From the NCBI GenBank assembly GCA_012838305.1, contig DUPN01000100.1:30489-94488 (forward strand): DNA of 64,000 bases, in the 5' to 3' direction. Both the position numbers and the translations under genes were made by a program. Shown here piece by piece: positions 17,218 through 26,698 of the stretch. Each line of letters starts with the position of its first letter. Positions within the stretch are counted from its first letter, which is position 1. The DNA comes from Bacillota bacterium (GTDB taxonomy: Bacteria; Bacillota; Limnochordia; Darwinibacteriales; Darwinibacteriaceae). The notes below the pieces were generated by a model, which worked only from the letters and a program-made list of their open reading frames with translations, made no database searches and had not been told where the DNA came from.

Positions 17218-19827
17218 ATGCATCCATACATAGAATTTGTCAACCCTCATTTAGGCAAATTATTGACCGAAATTGGCCTGGACAAACGTTTTGTGCGTGG
17301 GAGTGGGGCTTACCTATATGACGATGAACAGCAAGAGTACCTTGACTGTATTGCAGCCTACGGTGCCTTGCCCTTTGGTTATAATCCCCCCGAAATCTGG
17401 CAGGTACTCCATAATCTAGAATCTAACCAAGAGCCAAGTTTTATACAACCCTCCTTGCTGGAAGCCGCCGGGGACTTAGCTGCGGGACTGATTGCAGCGG
17501 CACCCCCGGGTTTGAAGCAAGTGACATTCGCCAACAGCGGTGCTGAAGCTGTGGAAGCCGCCTTTAAGCTTTGCCGGGCCAAAAGTGGCAAGATGACAAT
17601 TCTGTCCACGACAAACAGTTTTCATGGTAAGACCCTGGGCGCTCTGTCCGCAACGGGAAATCCTGACTACCAAAGAGTATTTGGAGCCCCGGTGGCGGGT
17701 TTTCAGCATGTGCCCTATGGGGATATCCCAGCTCTAGAGGCTTATTTAGAGGAATATGCCCAGGATACAGCGGCCTTTATCGTGGAGCCTATTCAAGGCG
17801 AGGGTGGTATTATCGAAGCTCCCCGGGGCTATCTTGGCGAGGTACAAAAGCTTTGTGCCAAGCACGGCGTATTGACAATATTCGACGAGATCCAGACAGG
17901 GTTGGGGAGAACAGGTGCCATGTTCGCCTGTGAACGGGAAGAGGTCACCCCCGACTGTTTAGTCGTGGCCAAGGCCCTCGGGGGCGGACTCATCCCCATT
18001 GGCGCTGTGCTGTGTAAAGAAGATGTCTACAGTGAGGACTTTGGCCTCAAACATTCTTCCACCTTTGCCGGCAACGCCCTTGGCTGCCGAGTTGGTCTGG
18101 CCGTTTTGGATCGCTTGACCCAAGATGACCACATGCTCCTCCGGGAAATCCGCCGCAAGGGCCGCAAGCTCAAGGCTGCTCTCGTGGCGGTGGCGGATCG
18201 CTATCCCCACATCGTCCAAGGGGTGCGGGGAGAGGGATTGATGCTCGGTCTGGAGTTTGTCCATTGCAGAGAGCCGTTCCCCCATAGCCTCTTGGGGGTC
18301 ATGGCTGAGCTTGAACTCTTAACGCCCATGGTGGCATCCTATTTATTGAATGTGGAGAGAGTACGAGTGGCTCCAACGCTTAACGGTGCTAGCGTAATCC
18401 GGATTGAGCCGCCCTTGATCATCACGGATGCCCAGATTGATCGCGTGATTGAGGCCGTGGAAAACACCGTGGCCATGTTGGCCCAACGAAACACCGCCGC
18501 CTTCCTGGGGCACTTGGTGGGCTATGGCTTTTCTCTGAACCAAGCTACTCCCAAGGCAGAAGAGGTGGTCAAGGTTGAGCCCCGGCCTGAAGATGGACGT
18601 TTTGCTTTTTTGGTGCATCCGGTGGACCTGCACAACTATACGGAGTTTGATGCCAGCTTAGGCAGTCTAAGCCCTGAACAGCTCGCCGATCTCAGTTCCC
18701 GGTGGAATGACATGGTAGAGCCCTTTGTAGTCAGCAGCTCCAGGATCGTGGACCATCTGGGGCAAAGTGCCTATGGTGATTTTATCTGTGTTCCCAAAAC
18801 AGCCCAGCAGCTCTTGGCCGACCCCGAGGGGGCTTTGCAGGAAATCGCATCCGCGGTGCAGTTAGCCGCTGAGAGGGGTGCCAAAATTGTTGGCTTAGGA
18901 GCCTATACCTCCGTTGTGACCATGGGCGGCCGGCAGCTTTTGCCTCATACCAAGGTGGCCCTGACGACGGGAAACAGTTATACTGTCGTCTCGGGTGTGG
19001 AAGCTCTGCTAGAAGCTGCCAAACGCCTAGAGATCGATGTGCACTGTGCAACCGGCGTCGTGGTTGGCGCGGGGGGAGCTATCGGCAAGGCCCTGGCACT
19101 GCTTCTATCCGAACAGGTCCAGAAGCTGATTCTGGTGGGAAATCCGGCACGTCCAAAAAAGAGTGAGTACCGCATGCTCAAGGTAGTGGCGGAGATCATT
19201 GGCCATCTTAAGGAGATGGGCGAGGCTGGCCATTCCTTCGCAGAAGATAGCCTAGGAGCCTGGGTGCAGAGCTTAAGGGGTATTCCATCAAGTGCAGATT
19301 CCCTAACGAAATGGGTCGACTATGTGCAAGAGCTTCTGAACAAACCCTCGCCTGTGAGGATTACTATTAGCCGTGAAGATGCAGTACCCAAGGCCGACCT
19401 ATTGATGGTCGCAACCAGCAGCTTGGAAGCCTTAATCACGCCGGAACTTCTGAAACGGGGGGCCGTTGTGTGTGATCTGTCCCGACCTAGCAATGTGAGT
19501 GAAGCGGTCCTTAGGGAACGTCCTGACGTCCTGGTCATCGACGGCGGGATTGTCGCCATGCCGAACTCCCCCGATTTGGGATGGAACTTCGGTTTTGAAA
19601 AGGGAACAGGATTCGCCTGCATGTCGGAGACGATCATGCTGGCCTTGGAGAAACGTTATGAGCATACGAGCTTGGGGGCGGATCTGAATGTGAAACAGCT
19701 GGCGCTGTTCCGGGACCTAGCAGCGCAGCAAGGTTTTACCCTGGCCGGGTTCCGGAATCTGGATCGGCCGCTCGATCCCGCTCTGTGGGAACGTGTGCGA
19801 GCATTCAGGCTCACGTCCAGCGCCTAA
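17218..19827 (+). CDS. fusion protein: class-III PLP aminotransferase (N) + acyl-ACP-reductase-like NAD(P)-binding domain (C)
   Basis: N-half: FANSGAEAVEAA, DEIQTGLGRTG, VVAKALGGG (PLP lysine), HSSTFAGN. C-half from about residue 450: FAFLVHP, GLGAYTSVV, LTTGNSYTV, VVGAGGAIG (Rossmann) and GFACMSE. From memory these track the cyanobacterial AAR blocks GLIGH, LGGFTSII, FTTGNTHTA, VVGATGDIG and MFACFAE. ATG 17218 chosen behind GGGGAGG. Confidence 0.85.
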   Translation: MHPYIEFVNPHLGKLLTEIGLDKRFVRGSGAYLYDDEQQEYLDCIAAYGALPFGYNPPEIWQVLHNLESNQEPSFIQPSLLEAAGDLAAGLIAAAPPGLKQVTFANSGAEAVEAAFKLCRAKSGKMTILSTTNSFHGKTLGALSATGNPDYQRVFGAPVAGFQHVPYGDIPALEAYLEEYAQDTAAFIVEPIQGEGGIIEAPRGYLGEVQKLCAKHGVLTIFDEIQTGLGRTGAMFACEREEVTPDCLVVAKALGGGLIPIGAVLCKEDVYSEDFGLKHSSTFAGNALGCRVGLAVLDRLTQDDHMLLREIRRKGRKLKAALVAVADRYPHIVQGVRGEGLMLGLEFVHCREPFPHSLLGVMAELELLTPMVASYLLNVERVRVAPTLNGASVIRIEPPLIITDAQIDRVIEAVENTVAMLAQRNTAAFLGHLVGYGFSLNQATPKAEEVVKVEPRPEDGRFAFLVHPVDLHNYTEFDASLGSLSPEQLADLSSRWNDMVEPFVVSSSRIVDHLGQSAYGDFICVPKTAQQLLADPEGALQEIASAVQLAAERGAKIVGLGAYTSVVTMGGRQLLPHTKVALTTGNSYTVVSGVEALLEAAKRLEIDVHCATGVVVGAGGAIGKALALLLSEQVQKLILVGNPARPKKSEYRMLKVVAEIIGHLKEMGEAGHSFAEDSLGAWVQSLRGIPSSADSLTKWVDYVQELLNKPSPVRITISREDAVPKADLLMVATSSLEALITPELLKRGAVVCDLSRPSNVSEAVLRERPDVLVIDGGIVAMPNSPDLGWNFGFEKGTGFACMSETIMLALEKRYEHTSLGADLNVKQLALFRDLAAQQGFTLAGFRNLDRPLDPALWERVRAFRLTSSA

Positions 19828-19842
19828 GACATGATTCGAAAG

Positions 19843-19866
19843 ACCGGGAGAATTCTCCCGGTTTTA
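19843..19866 (+). terminator. intrinsic terminator after the fusion gene
   Basis: Perfect 20-nt palindrome ACCGGGAGAATTCTCCCGGT followed by TTTTA. Confidence 0.55.
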
Positions 19867-19945
19867 CATATTATAGCTTGGAGAGAACCGATGACAGGAT
19901 TTCGGCCAAGGATCAAGAACAGATAGGAATGGAGTCGAGGAAAGA

Positions 19946-21229
19946 ATGGGGATGAAAAGTATGGACGAACTAGCTCTCCACGGTGGACAGCCGGTACGCA
20001 CGAAGCCGTGGGTTTCGAAATACTTGGGTAGTGAAGAGGTGGGGGCCGAGGAAAAGGATCGGGTTTTACAGGTCTTAAACAAGAAACGTATCTTCCGTTA
20101 CCTGCCTGCGGCGATAGAAACCTCGGAATGCAGCGCTTTGGAAGAAGAGTACAAGGCATTTCTGGGCACCAAGTACGCCTTAGGCGTCAATTCGGGCACA
20201 TCGGCCTTGATCTGTGCGCTGGTGGCGGCAGGTGTGGGCCCTGGAGATGAGGTGCTTCTTCCCGCCTACACTTGGGTGGGCAGCGCCGCCGCGATCACCC
20301 TGGTGGGGGCAGTACCTGTTCTCTGCGAGATTGATTCCAGTCTGACCTTGGATCCAAACGACATGGCCAAAAAAGTTACTGCCCACACCAAAGCGGTCTT
20401 GGTCGTTCATATGCGGGGAATCTCGGCGGATATGGATGCTATTATCGCCGTGGCCCAAGAGCGGGGGATCAGGGTGATTGAGGATGTGGCCCAAGCCAAT
20501 GGCGGAACCTATCGGGGGCGGATGCTCGGGTCCATCGGTGATCTCGGCTGCTTTAGTCTGCAACAGTCAAAAGTGATTACAGCAGGCGAAGGAGGCATGC
20601 TGGTCACGCAGGGCGAAGAGCTGTGGCAGCGCGCTGTTTTGTATCATGATGGCGCCGGGTATCAATTTCGCTTTACTGAAAGGAAAATTCCAGCCTTTCC
20701 TGGGCAAAACTATCGTTTAACCGAATTGCAGGCAGCCCTCTGCTTAGGGCAGCTGGGGAAGCTGCCGGCTATCTTGGAGAGGACTAAGGCGAACAAACAG
20801 CAGCTGGTCCATGCTTTACGCCAGGTATCGGGTATTGAGCTCTCCCCGGTTTTCGGCACCGAGCGTGATCTGGGTGTAAGCTTGATTTTCTACGTCAAGG
20901 ACGGTACAAGCGCCCATTGGGTGTCCCGGGCCCTAACGGCAGAGGGCATCCCCGCCTTTCATGTCTATGATCCGCAGGAGAAGGATCAACACATCTACAC
21001 TAACTGGGAATTCCTTGTGGGGAAGCGTGATCCCTGGGGAGGCAGTTATCCTTGGAGTCTGCATCCCGCACGGGAGATGGACTATTCCCAGGATAGCTGC
21101 CCACGCTCTCTGGGCCTTCTGAACAGGGCGGTACAAATTCATTTGAATCATTTGGCCACAGAGGAAGATCGGAAGGATATTCTTGCTGCGATCCGCAAGG
21201 TCACAGCCCACTTGGGCTCACGGCGATGA
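19946..21229 (+). CDS. DegT/DnrJ/EryC1/StrS family PLP aminotransferase
   Basis: 427 aa. GVNSGTSAL, VVHMRG, EDVAQANG, and FSLQQSKVITAGEGG (lysine in the usual position). Confidence 0.85.
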   Translation: MGMKSMDELALHGGQPVRTKPWVSKYLGSEEVGAEEKDRVLQVLNKKRIFRYLPAAIETSECSALEEEYKAFLGTKYALGVNSGTSALICALVAAGVGPGDEVLLPAYTWVGSAAAITLVGAVPVLCEIDSSLTLDPNDMAKKVTAHTKAVLVVHMRGISADMDAIIAVAQERGIRVIEDVAQANGGTYRGRMLGSIGDLGCFSLQQSKVITAGEGGMLVTQGEELWQRAVLYHDGAGYQFRFTERKIPAFPGQNYRLTELQAALCLGQLGKLPAILERTKANKQQLVHALRQVSGIELSPVFGTERDLGVSLIFYVKDGTSAHWVSRALTAEGIPAFHVYDPQEKDQHIYTNWEFLVGKRDPWGGSYPWSLHPAREMDYSQDSCPRSLGLLNRAVQIHLNHLATEEDRKDILAAIRKVTAHLGSRR

Positions 21230-22068
21230 GGAGGATGGATGTGAAGTTCACCAAGTACCATGGGTTAGGTAACGACTTTATTCTTGTCCAGGACCTTGGA
21301 GGAATCCTCGTACCTCGAGGAGAAATGCTTGCTCAGGCCCTTTGTCATCGCCAGTTTGGCATTGGAGCTGACGGCTTGGTTTTGATCACAAAAGAGTCCG
21401 ATTGGTACAAGATGCGGATCTTCAATGCTGATGGCAGCGAGCCGGAAATGTGCGGCAATGCCATTCGATGCGTGGCAGACTATCTGCTGCAAGAGGGTCT
21501 GGCCCAAGGACCTTTGATCCCCATTGATACCTTAAGCGGGTTGAAAGAAGTACGCCGTGCGGGTGATCTGTATCTCGTGGACATGGGAGAACCGGACTTT
21601 TCCTTCATGCGGGGACAATCGGTGGAGATTGCCCTTTTGGGCGTGACCTGGACCGTATACCCTGTATCCATGGGCAATCCCCATGGCGTTGTCTTTGTGG
21701 ATGACCTGGATGAAATCGACCTTATGTTTTGGGGACCACGTCTCGAATCAGCCCCGGTCTGGCCCCATGGAGCCAACATCGAGTTTACGCAAGTACTAGA
21801 TGCAGACAGCCTGCAGGTACGTGTTTGGGAAAGGGGAGCAGGACCCACTTTGGCCTGCGGGACAGGGGCTTGTGCTGCGGCTGCGGTCGCGGCGAAACAG
21901 GGCTTGACCCGGGATCTCAAAACGGGGGCCACTACAGTATCTCTGCCCGGGGGGGATCTCACCATCCAAGGGGGAGAAGAAAACAGGGTCTCCATGCTGG
22001 GACCGGCAGAAAGAGTCTTTGAAGGACAAATTGACATTTCGAGGTTAGAGAGGGAGAGAAAGCTATGA
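21226..22068 (+). CDS. dapF: diaminopimelate epimerase
   Basis: YHGLGNDF, MCGNAIRC and LACGTGACA (the two catalytic Cys). The true start is possibly ATG 21235 or GTG 21241. Confidence 0.9.
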   Translation: MRRMDVKFTKYHGLGNDFILVQDLGGILVPRGEMLAQALCHRQFGIGADGLVLITKESDWYKMRIFNADGSEPEMCGNAIRCVADYLLQEGLAQGPLIPIDTLSGLKEVRRAGDLYLVDMGEPDFSFMRGQSVEIALLGVTWTVYPVSMGNPHGVVFVDDLDEIDLMFWGPRLESAPVWPHGANIEFTQVLDADSLQVRVWERGAGPTLACGTGACAAAAVAAKQGLTRDLKTGATTVSLPGGDLTIQGGEENRVSMLGPAERVFEGQIDISRLERERKL

Positions 22069-22775
22069 TCGTTATGGCACACCGCGGATATTCAAGTAAG
22101 GCACCGGAAAACACGATGCCCGCCTTTGAGCTGGCCCTAGAGGTTGGTTCCGGCGGCATCGAATTGGATGTTCATCTGAGCAAGGATGGAGAGATTGTCG
22201 TCATCCATGATAGTACCCTCAACCGAACAACCAATGGCAGCGGCCCTGTGAGCGAGCTGACCATGGCCGAACTCCGGGAGCTGGACGCAGGGTCTTGGTT
22301 CTCACCGGAATTTAAGGGAGAAAAGTTGCTCACGCTGGGCCAGGTCTTGGAACTGATTAAGAATCATGATATCTTACTCAATGTGGAGACAAAGATGGCC
22401 CTTGGATTTGAGCAGCTTAACGAAAAAGTGGCTGCCCTTCTCGACGAGTATGCGCTCTGGGAGAGGACGATTATTTCCTCCTTCAACCACTACGCTTTGC
22501 TCCATTTTAAACAAATTCGATCGCAGGCCCGCACCGGTATTCTCTATAATTGCGGGATGGTCAATCCCTGGATCTATGCTCAGAGTATTGGTGCCTCAGC
22601 CCTCCATCCCAATCACCTAACGATTATTCCCGAACTTGTGGCAGAGGCTCAGCAAAACGGAATGATGGTCAATGTGTGGACGGTGGATGCATCGGCTGAT
22701 ATTGAGCGCGTCAAAATGGCCGGGGTGGACAGCATCATTACCAATAATCCTGAACGAGTGCAGAGTTTGCTTTAG
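22065..22775 (+). CDS. glycerophosphodiester phosphodiesterase
   Basis: 236 aa. MAHRGYSSKAPENT, ELDVHLSKDGEIVVIHD, and the GDPD fold. Confidence 0.85.
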   Translation: MIVMAHRGYSSKAPENTMPAFELALEVGSGGIELDVHLSKDGEIVVIHDSTLNRTTNGSGPVSELTMAELRELDAGSWFSPEFKGEKLLTLGQVLELIKNHDILLNVETKMALGFEQLNEKVAALLDEYALWERTIISSFNHYALLHFKQIRSQARTGILYNCGMVNPWIYAQSIGASALHPNHLTIIPELVAEAQQNGMMVNVWTVDASADIERVKMAGVDSIITNNPERVQSLL

Positions 22776-22946
22776 GAGGTAGGGAGGGGAAGGGTTTGAC
22801 GATTCCAAGGACATTCACAAGCAGGCAGCCTATGTCCGGGGTGAAGTCCAATGGTGGCCCAATTTGATCAAGCACAGGCGCTGGAACGCTCTGAGCCTGA
22901 TCTCACGAAATAAGCCCATTACTGTAGGAAGGATATTCCATCCCAC

Positions 22947-22977
22947 AAAAAAAGCCGTCAGCAAGACGGCCTTTTTT
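22947..22977. terminator. bidirectional intrinsic terminator
   Basis: A7-GCCGTC-agcaa-GACGGC-CTTTTTT between convergent glpQ-like and M42 genes. Confidence 0.7.
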
Positions 22978-22990
22978 GTATCTTTCTAGT

Positions 22991-23989
22991 TTAGCATATT
23001 CCGGTGAGATCCACTTTGGCTAGGGCAACGACCAGATCTACACAGGCCTGCACATCGCGGATATCCACCATCTCCGAAGGAGAGTGTACATAGCGGGTTG
23101 GAATGGATATGGCTCCCGAAGGGACTCCTGCCTTAGTTAGGTGAATGGCCCCCGCATCGGTACCGCCCCGCTCCAAGACTTCCATCTGATAGGGGATAGA
23201 GTTCTCTTCGGCCAGCTGCACCAAGAGATCCTTCACCTTCGGATGAACAACGAGGGAGGAGTCTTTAACCTTAATGGCCGCACCTTTGCCCAGGGCCACC
23301 TCCATGCGCATCGCTTCCGGCATATCACCGGTTAAGGTCACATCCAGGGCAATACCCAAATCGGGATCGATGCCATAGGCTGCCGTTCTGGCGCCGCGTA
23401 AGCCCACTTCCTCCTGGGCTGTAAACACGAAGTACAAAGTGTTTTTGGGATTTTGGATTTTCTTCAGGGCCTCGATTAAGACTACGCACCCGATGCGATC
23501 ATCCATGGCCTTGGCTATCAGTCGATTCCCCAGGTCGGTAAATTCGCGGTGGAAGATCCCGAACTCCCCAAGACGGACCATCTTCTGTGCTTCCTCTTTT
23601 GTTTCCGCACCAATATCGATGTAGAGCTTATCTAAGGTGAGATCCTTCCATGCTCCTTTTTCTTGATAGATGACGCCTATCGCGCCTCCAGCAAAACGGA
23701 CCCGATTGCCCACCAAGGTGGATACGCTAACGCCTCCCACATTGGCGAAACGAAGGAAGCCCTTGTCATCAATGAAGGTGACCACGAGTCCTATTTCGTC
23801 GGTGTGGGCAGCAAACATCACGTCCCGCCCCTCCTGAGAGCCTTTCTTAATGGCAATGACATTGCCCAGTACATCGGTTCTGACCTCATCGGCATAGGCT
23901 TCCACCATCTCCTTGATCAGGTCGGTTACTTCGGTTTCATAGCCGGAAGGCCCAAAGGCCTCGGTCAGTTGTTGAATTACGGTCTTCAT
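22991..23989 (-). CDS. M42 family metallo-aminopeptidase (TET/FrvX/YsdC-like), paralog 3
   Basis: 332 aa. AHTDEIG, KAMDDRIG, FTAQEEVGLRGA, and the RYVHSPSE block. Confidence 0.9.
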   Translation of the reverse strand: MKTVIQQLTEAFGPSGYETEVTDLIKEMVEAYADEVRTDVLGNVIAIKKGSQEGRDVMFAAHTDEIGLVVTFIDDKGFLRFANVGGVSVSTLVGNRVRFAGGAIGVIYQEKGAWKDLTLDKLYIDIGAETKEEAQKMVRLGEFGIFHREFTDLGNRLIAKAMDDRIGCVVLIEALKKIQNPKNTLYFVFTAQEEVGLRGARTAAYGIDPDLGIALDVTLTGDMPEAMRMEVALGKGAAIKVKDSSLVVHPKVKDLLVQLAEENSIPYQMEVLERGGTDAGAIHLTKAGVPSGAISIPTRYVHSPSEMVDIRDVQACVDLVVALAKVDLTGIC

Positions 23990-25011
23990 GCGTTCTCTCC
24001 CCTTTCTTGGAGCCGTTTCAAATAGCCTTTGATCAGCTGGTATGCCCCTTCATAGTCAGTCTTGCTCAGAACCGATACGGGTGAATGGATGTAGCGGCAA
24101 GGTACGGCAATGGTTGCAACCTTGACGCCTGCTTCGGACATCTGGATTTGGCCGGCATCAGTTCCCCCAGCCGTATTCCGGCGAACCTGAACCTTGATTC
24201 CTTCGTCCTCAGCAAGGGAAAAAAGTTCCTGTACCAAGGGAGGATGGGGAATAGAGGTACGATCCATCACTGTAATCGCCGGTCCTTGACCCAGGGAGGT
24301 GGCATGTTTGTGATCATCGGTTCCTGGTACATCCGACGCGGTTGTGCCTTCCAAAACCAAGGCTATATCGGGTTTAACCTGATAGGTTGCCACGCCGGCG
24401 CCACGCAAGCCCACCTCTTCTTGGACCGTAAAGGCGGCAACCAGGGGGAAGGGATATGTGTCTTGCAGTAGACGGATGGCCAGTGCGCAACCGACCCGAT
24501 CATCCAGGGCTTTCGCTTTCACCTTGCCCTCGCCGAACTCCTGGTACTTAGTGCTGAAATAAGCGCATTCACCTAGGCTGACCAGGCGTTCCGCTTCTTC
24601 CTTATTCTTGGCGCCGATATCAATCAGTAACTCTTCCATGGTGAAGGCCCGCTCTCTCTCGGGAGGCCGTTGGAGGTGGATGGGCTTGCTGCCAATTACG
24701 CCCGCTATCTTCTTGGATCCAACAACCACGCTCTTGGCCACGAGCACCCGGGGATCCACGCCGCCAATGGGGCGTACCTTCAAGAAACCGTTGCTCTCTA
24801 TACCAACGATCATGAGAGCTACTTCATCCATGTGGGCCGCCAGCATGACCTTCGGTCCTGGGGCATCGGGATTTTTGATGGCGATCAGGTTTCCCAATGC
24901 ATCGGTCTTAATCTCCTGTACATGGGGCTGGATTTCTGTACGGATTAACTCACGCACTTCGCCCTCTTGTCCCGGCGCACCATTTGCTTCTGTTAATCGG
25001 GCTAAAAGCAT
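23986..25011 (-). CDS. M42 family metallo-aminopeptidase, paralog 2
   Basis: 341 aa. AHMDEVA, KALDDRVG, FTVQEEVGLRGA, RYIHSPVS. 4-nt overlap with paralog 3. Confidence 0.9.
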   Translation of the reverse strand: MLLARLTEANGAPGQEGEVRELIRTEIQPHVQEIKTDALGNLIAIKNPDAPGPKVMLAAHMDEVALMIVGIESNGFLKVRPIGGVDPRVLVAKSVVVGSKKIAGVIGSKPIHLQRPPERERAFTMEELLIDIGAKNKEEAERLVSLGECAYFSTKYQEFGEGKVKAKALDDRVGCALAIRLLQDTYPFPLVAAFTVQEEVGLRGAGVATYQVKPDIALVLEGTTASDVPGTDDHKHATSLGQGPAITVMDRTSIPHPPLVQELFSLAEDEGIKVQVRRNTAGGTDAGQIQMSEAGVKVATIAVPCRYIHSPVSVLSKTDYEGAYQLIKGYLKRLQERGENA

Positions 25012-26060
25012 GTTAATCCCTCCACAAATTCATTGTCGACCCCAGCGATAAACATGGCCATCAAACGTCCCGTACGTTTAACGTCCTCATAGTCAAGGGT
25101 TTCGATGGGGGTGTGCATATAACGCAGCGGGATGGACAGTAGAATCGTGGGCACGCCTCCCCGGGCCACTTGTATGGCGTAGGCGTCTGTTCCTCCGGGA
25201 TAGGGAGAGGGGTCCAAGGAATAGGGTATATTCCATTCTTTCGCCGTCTCAACCATTCGCTTATGGACCTTGGGATGTACATGCGGCCCAATGGCAACAC
25301 CGGGGCCTTGGCCAAGCTTAATGGTGTCGCTCTCCGCCAGGCCTGGGGAGTCGCCGAAACCGACGTCAATGGCGATGCCGATATCGGGGACAATTCCATA
25401 TGTACTGGTGATTGCTCCCCGCAATCCCACTTCCTCCTGGACAGTGGCTACACCGTATACATCGGCCGCATGATTCACTTGCGCCAGGAGACGAAAACAC
25501 TCTAGGATAGCGGCCACACCTGCCCTGTCGTCAAAGGACTTGCCCGCCATGAGAGAGGCCTGCAGATCCACAACATCCCGCTTCAGCGTGACAAGATCCC
25601 CTACGGACACTTGTTTTTGGGCTTCCGCTTGGCTGTCAAAACCCACGTCAATAAAAAGATCCTCCATCTTCACAGCCTTGCTCTGCTCGCCAGGGGCCTG
25701 AATGTGAGGAGGCTTTGCTCCAATGACACCCGTGAGGGGGTTTTTGGAATGGACCACGACCTCTTGGGCCAGCAGCACTCGTTGGTCAAAACCGCCGATG
25801 GTGCCGAACCGCAAAAAGCCGTCCTTCTCAATTTTGGTAATAATGAGGCCAATTTCGTCCATGTGGCCGGCCAACATGATTTTGGGCTTAGGGCCTGTTC
25901 CGTGGCCCTTTTTCAGCATGATCAAGTTACCTAACTTGTCCGTTCTGCTCTCATCGGCCCAAGGGCAGCCTTCCTGAATGGATGAGGCCAAGCCGTGTTC
26001 GTAGCCGGACACACCTGAGGCTTCGCTCAGGTTTTTAAAGACTTGCTTTATTTCCACCAA
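25002..26060 (-). CDS. M42 family metallo-aminopeptidase, paralog 1
   Basis: 352 aa. GHMDEIG, KSFDDRAG, ATVQEEVGLRGA, RYMHTPIE. 10-nt overlap with paralog 2. Confidence 0.9.
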   Translation of the reverse strand: MVEIKQVFKNLSEASGVSGYEHGLASSIQEGCPWADESRTDKLGNLIMLKKGHGTGPKPKIMLAGHMDEIGLIITKIEKDGFLRFGTIGGFDQRVLLAQEVVVHSKNPLTGVIGAKPPHIQAPGEQSKAVKMEDLFIDVGFDSQAEAQKQVSVGDLVTLKRDVVDLQASLMAGKSFDDRAGVAAILECFRLLAQVNHAADVYGVATVQEEVGLRGAITSTYGIVPDIGIAIDVGFGDSPGLAESDTIKLGQGPGVAIGPHVHPKVHKRMVETAKEWNIPYSLDPSPYPGGTDAYAIQVARGGVPTILLSIPLRYMHTPIETLDYEDVKRTGRLMAMFIAGVDNEFVEGLTCF

Positions 26061-26161
26061 TTTCCCTCCTTTGGCATTTTGGTTCTATTATTTCTCGCTA
26101 ATCAAAGGAAAAACCTGCATAACCTAGAATAAATGTGCAGGGAGAAGGAGGATCTGGCAAC

Positions 26162-26623
26162 GTGGGTAACAAAGGCGTCTATGTCATATGGCTGCATCTT
26201 CCCAAGCGTATGGGCATTGCCATTGGCAAGCTTGGAACCTTTGACTTTGAACCGGGCATCTATGCCTATGCCGGGAGCGCCCAGCGCAATCTGGAACAAA
26301 GGGTGGCCAGACATAGTCATCTCGATAAGAAGCTGCACTGGCACATTGACTACCTCAGGGCCAAGGCCGAGTTTCTGGGCGCCGCCCTGTTCTATAATCA
26401 GACGAAGATTTCCGAATGCTGGCTGGCCCAGGCCTTGCTGCGCCTGCCCGGGGCTACCTTGCCCGCAGCGGGATTCGGCTCATCGGACTGCCGCTGTAGG
26501 GCTCATTTGGTCCAGGTGCCCTTGGCACTCCTCCAATCGAGGTTAGTACTTCTTAGCGATTCGATTCATGATATTGATTTGGGTGCGGCACAGACGCTCG
26601 CACTCCTCAATGCTGGAGATTAA
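26162..26623 (+). CDS. DUF123-type GIY-YIG superfamily protein
   Basis: GVYVIWLHL, GIYAYAGSA, LHWHIDYL and GFGSSDCRC are the DUF123 hallmarks. GTG 26162 chosen behind GAAGGAGGA. Confidence 0.65.
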   Translation: MGNKGVYVIWLHLPKRMGIAIGKLGTFDFEPGIYAYAGSAQRNLEQRVARHSHLDKKLHWHIDYLRAKAEFLGAALFYNQTKISECWLAQALLRLPGATLPAAGFGSSDCRCRAHLVQVPLALLQSRLVLLSDSIHDIDLGAAQTLALLNAGD

Positions 26624-26698
26624 GTCGGCGTTCTGCTTCGGGTGGAGATCGCGGATGCTTTCATCACAGAGCCTTTGTAGTTCACCGAGTCGATCCAT
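26543..26698 (-). CDS. small helical hypothetical protein (51 aa)
   Basis: In-frame ATG 26698 behind GGAGG within track ORF 26543-26737. No recognisable family. Overlaps the DUF123 3' end by 81 nt. Confidence 0.3.
   Translation of the reverse strand: MDRLGELQRLCDESIRDLHPKQNADLISSIEECERLCRTQINIMNRIAKKY

Noticed and set aside
22776-22946. 170-nt untranslated stretch after the glpQ-like gene as a possible sRNA or micro-ORF (a 22-codon TTG ORF)
   Set aside because: It has no convincing promoter, and I could see no conserved-looking structure apart from the terminator. The micro-ORF has no distinctive features.
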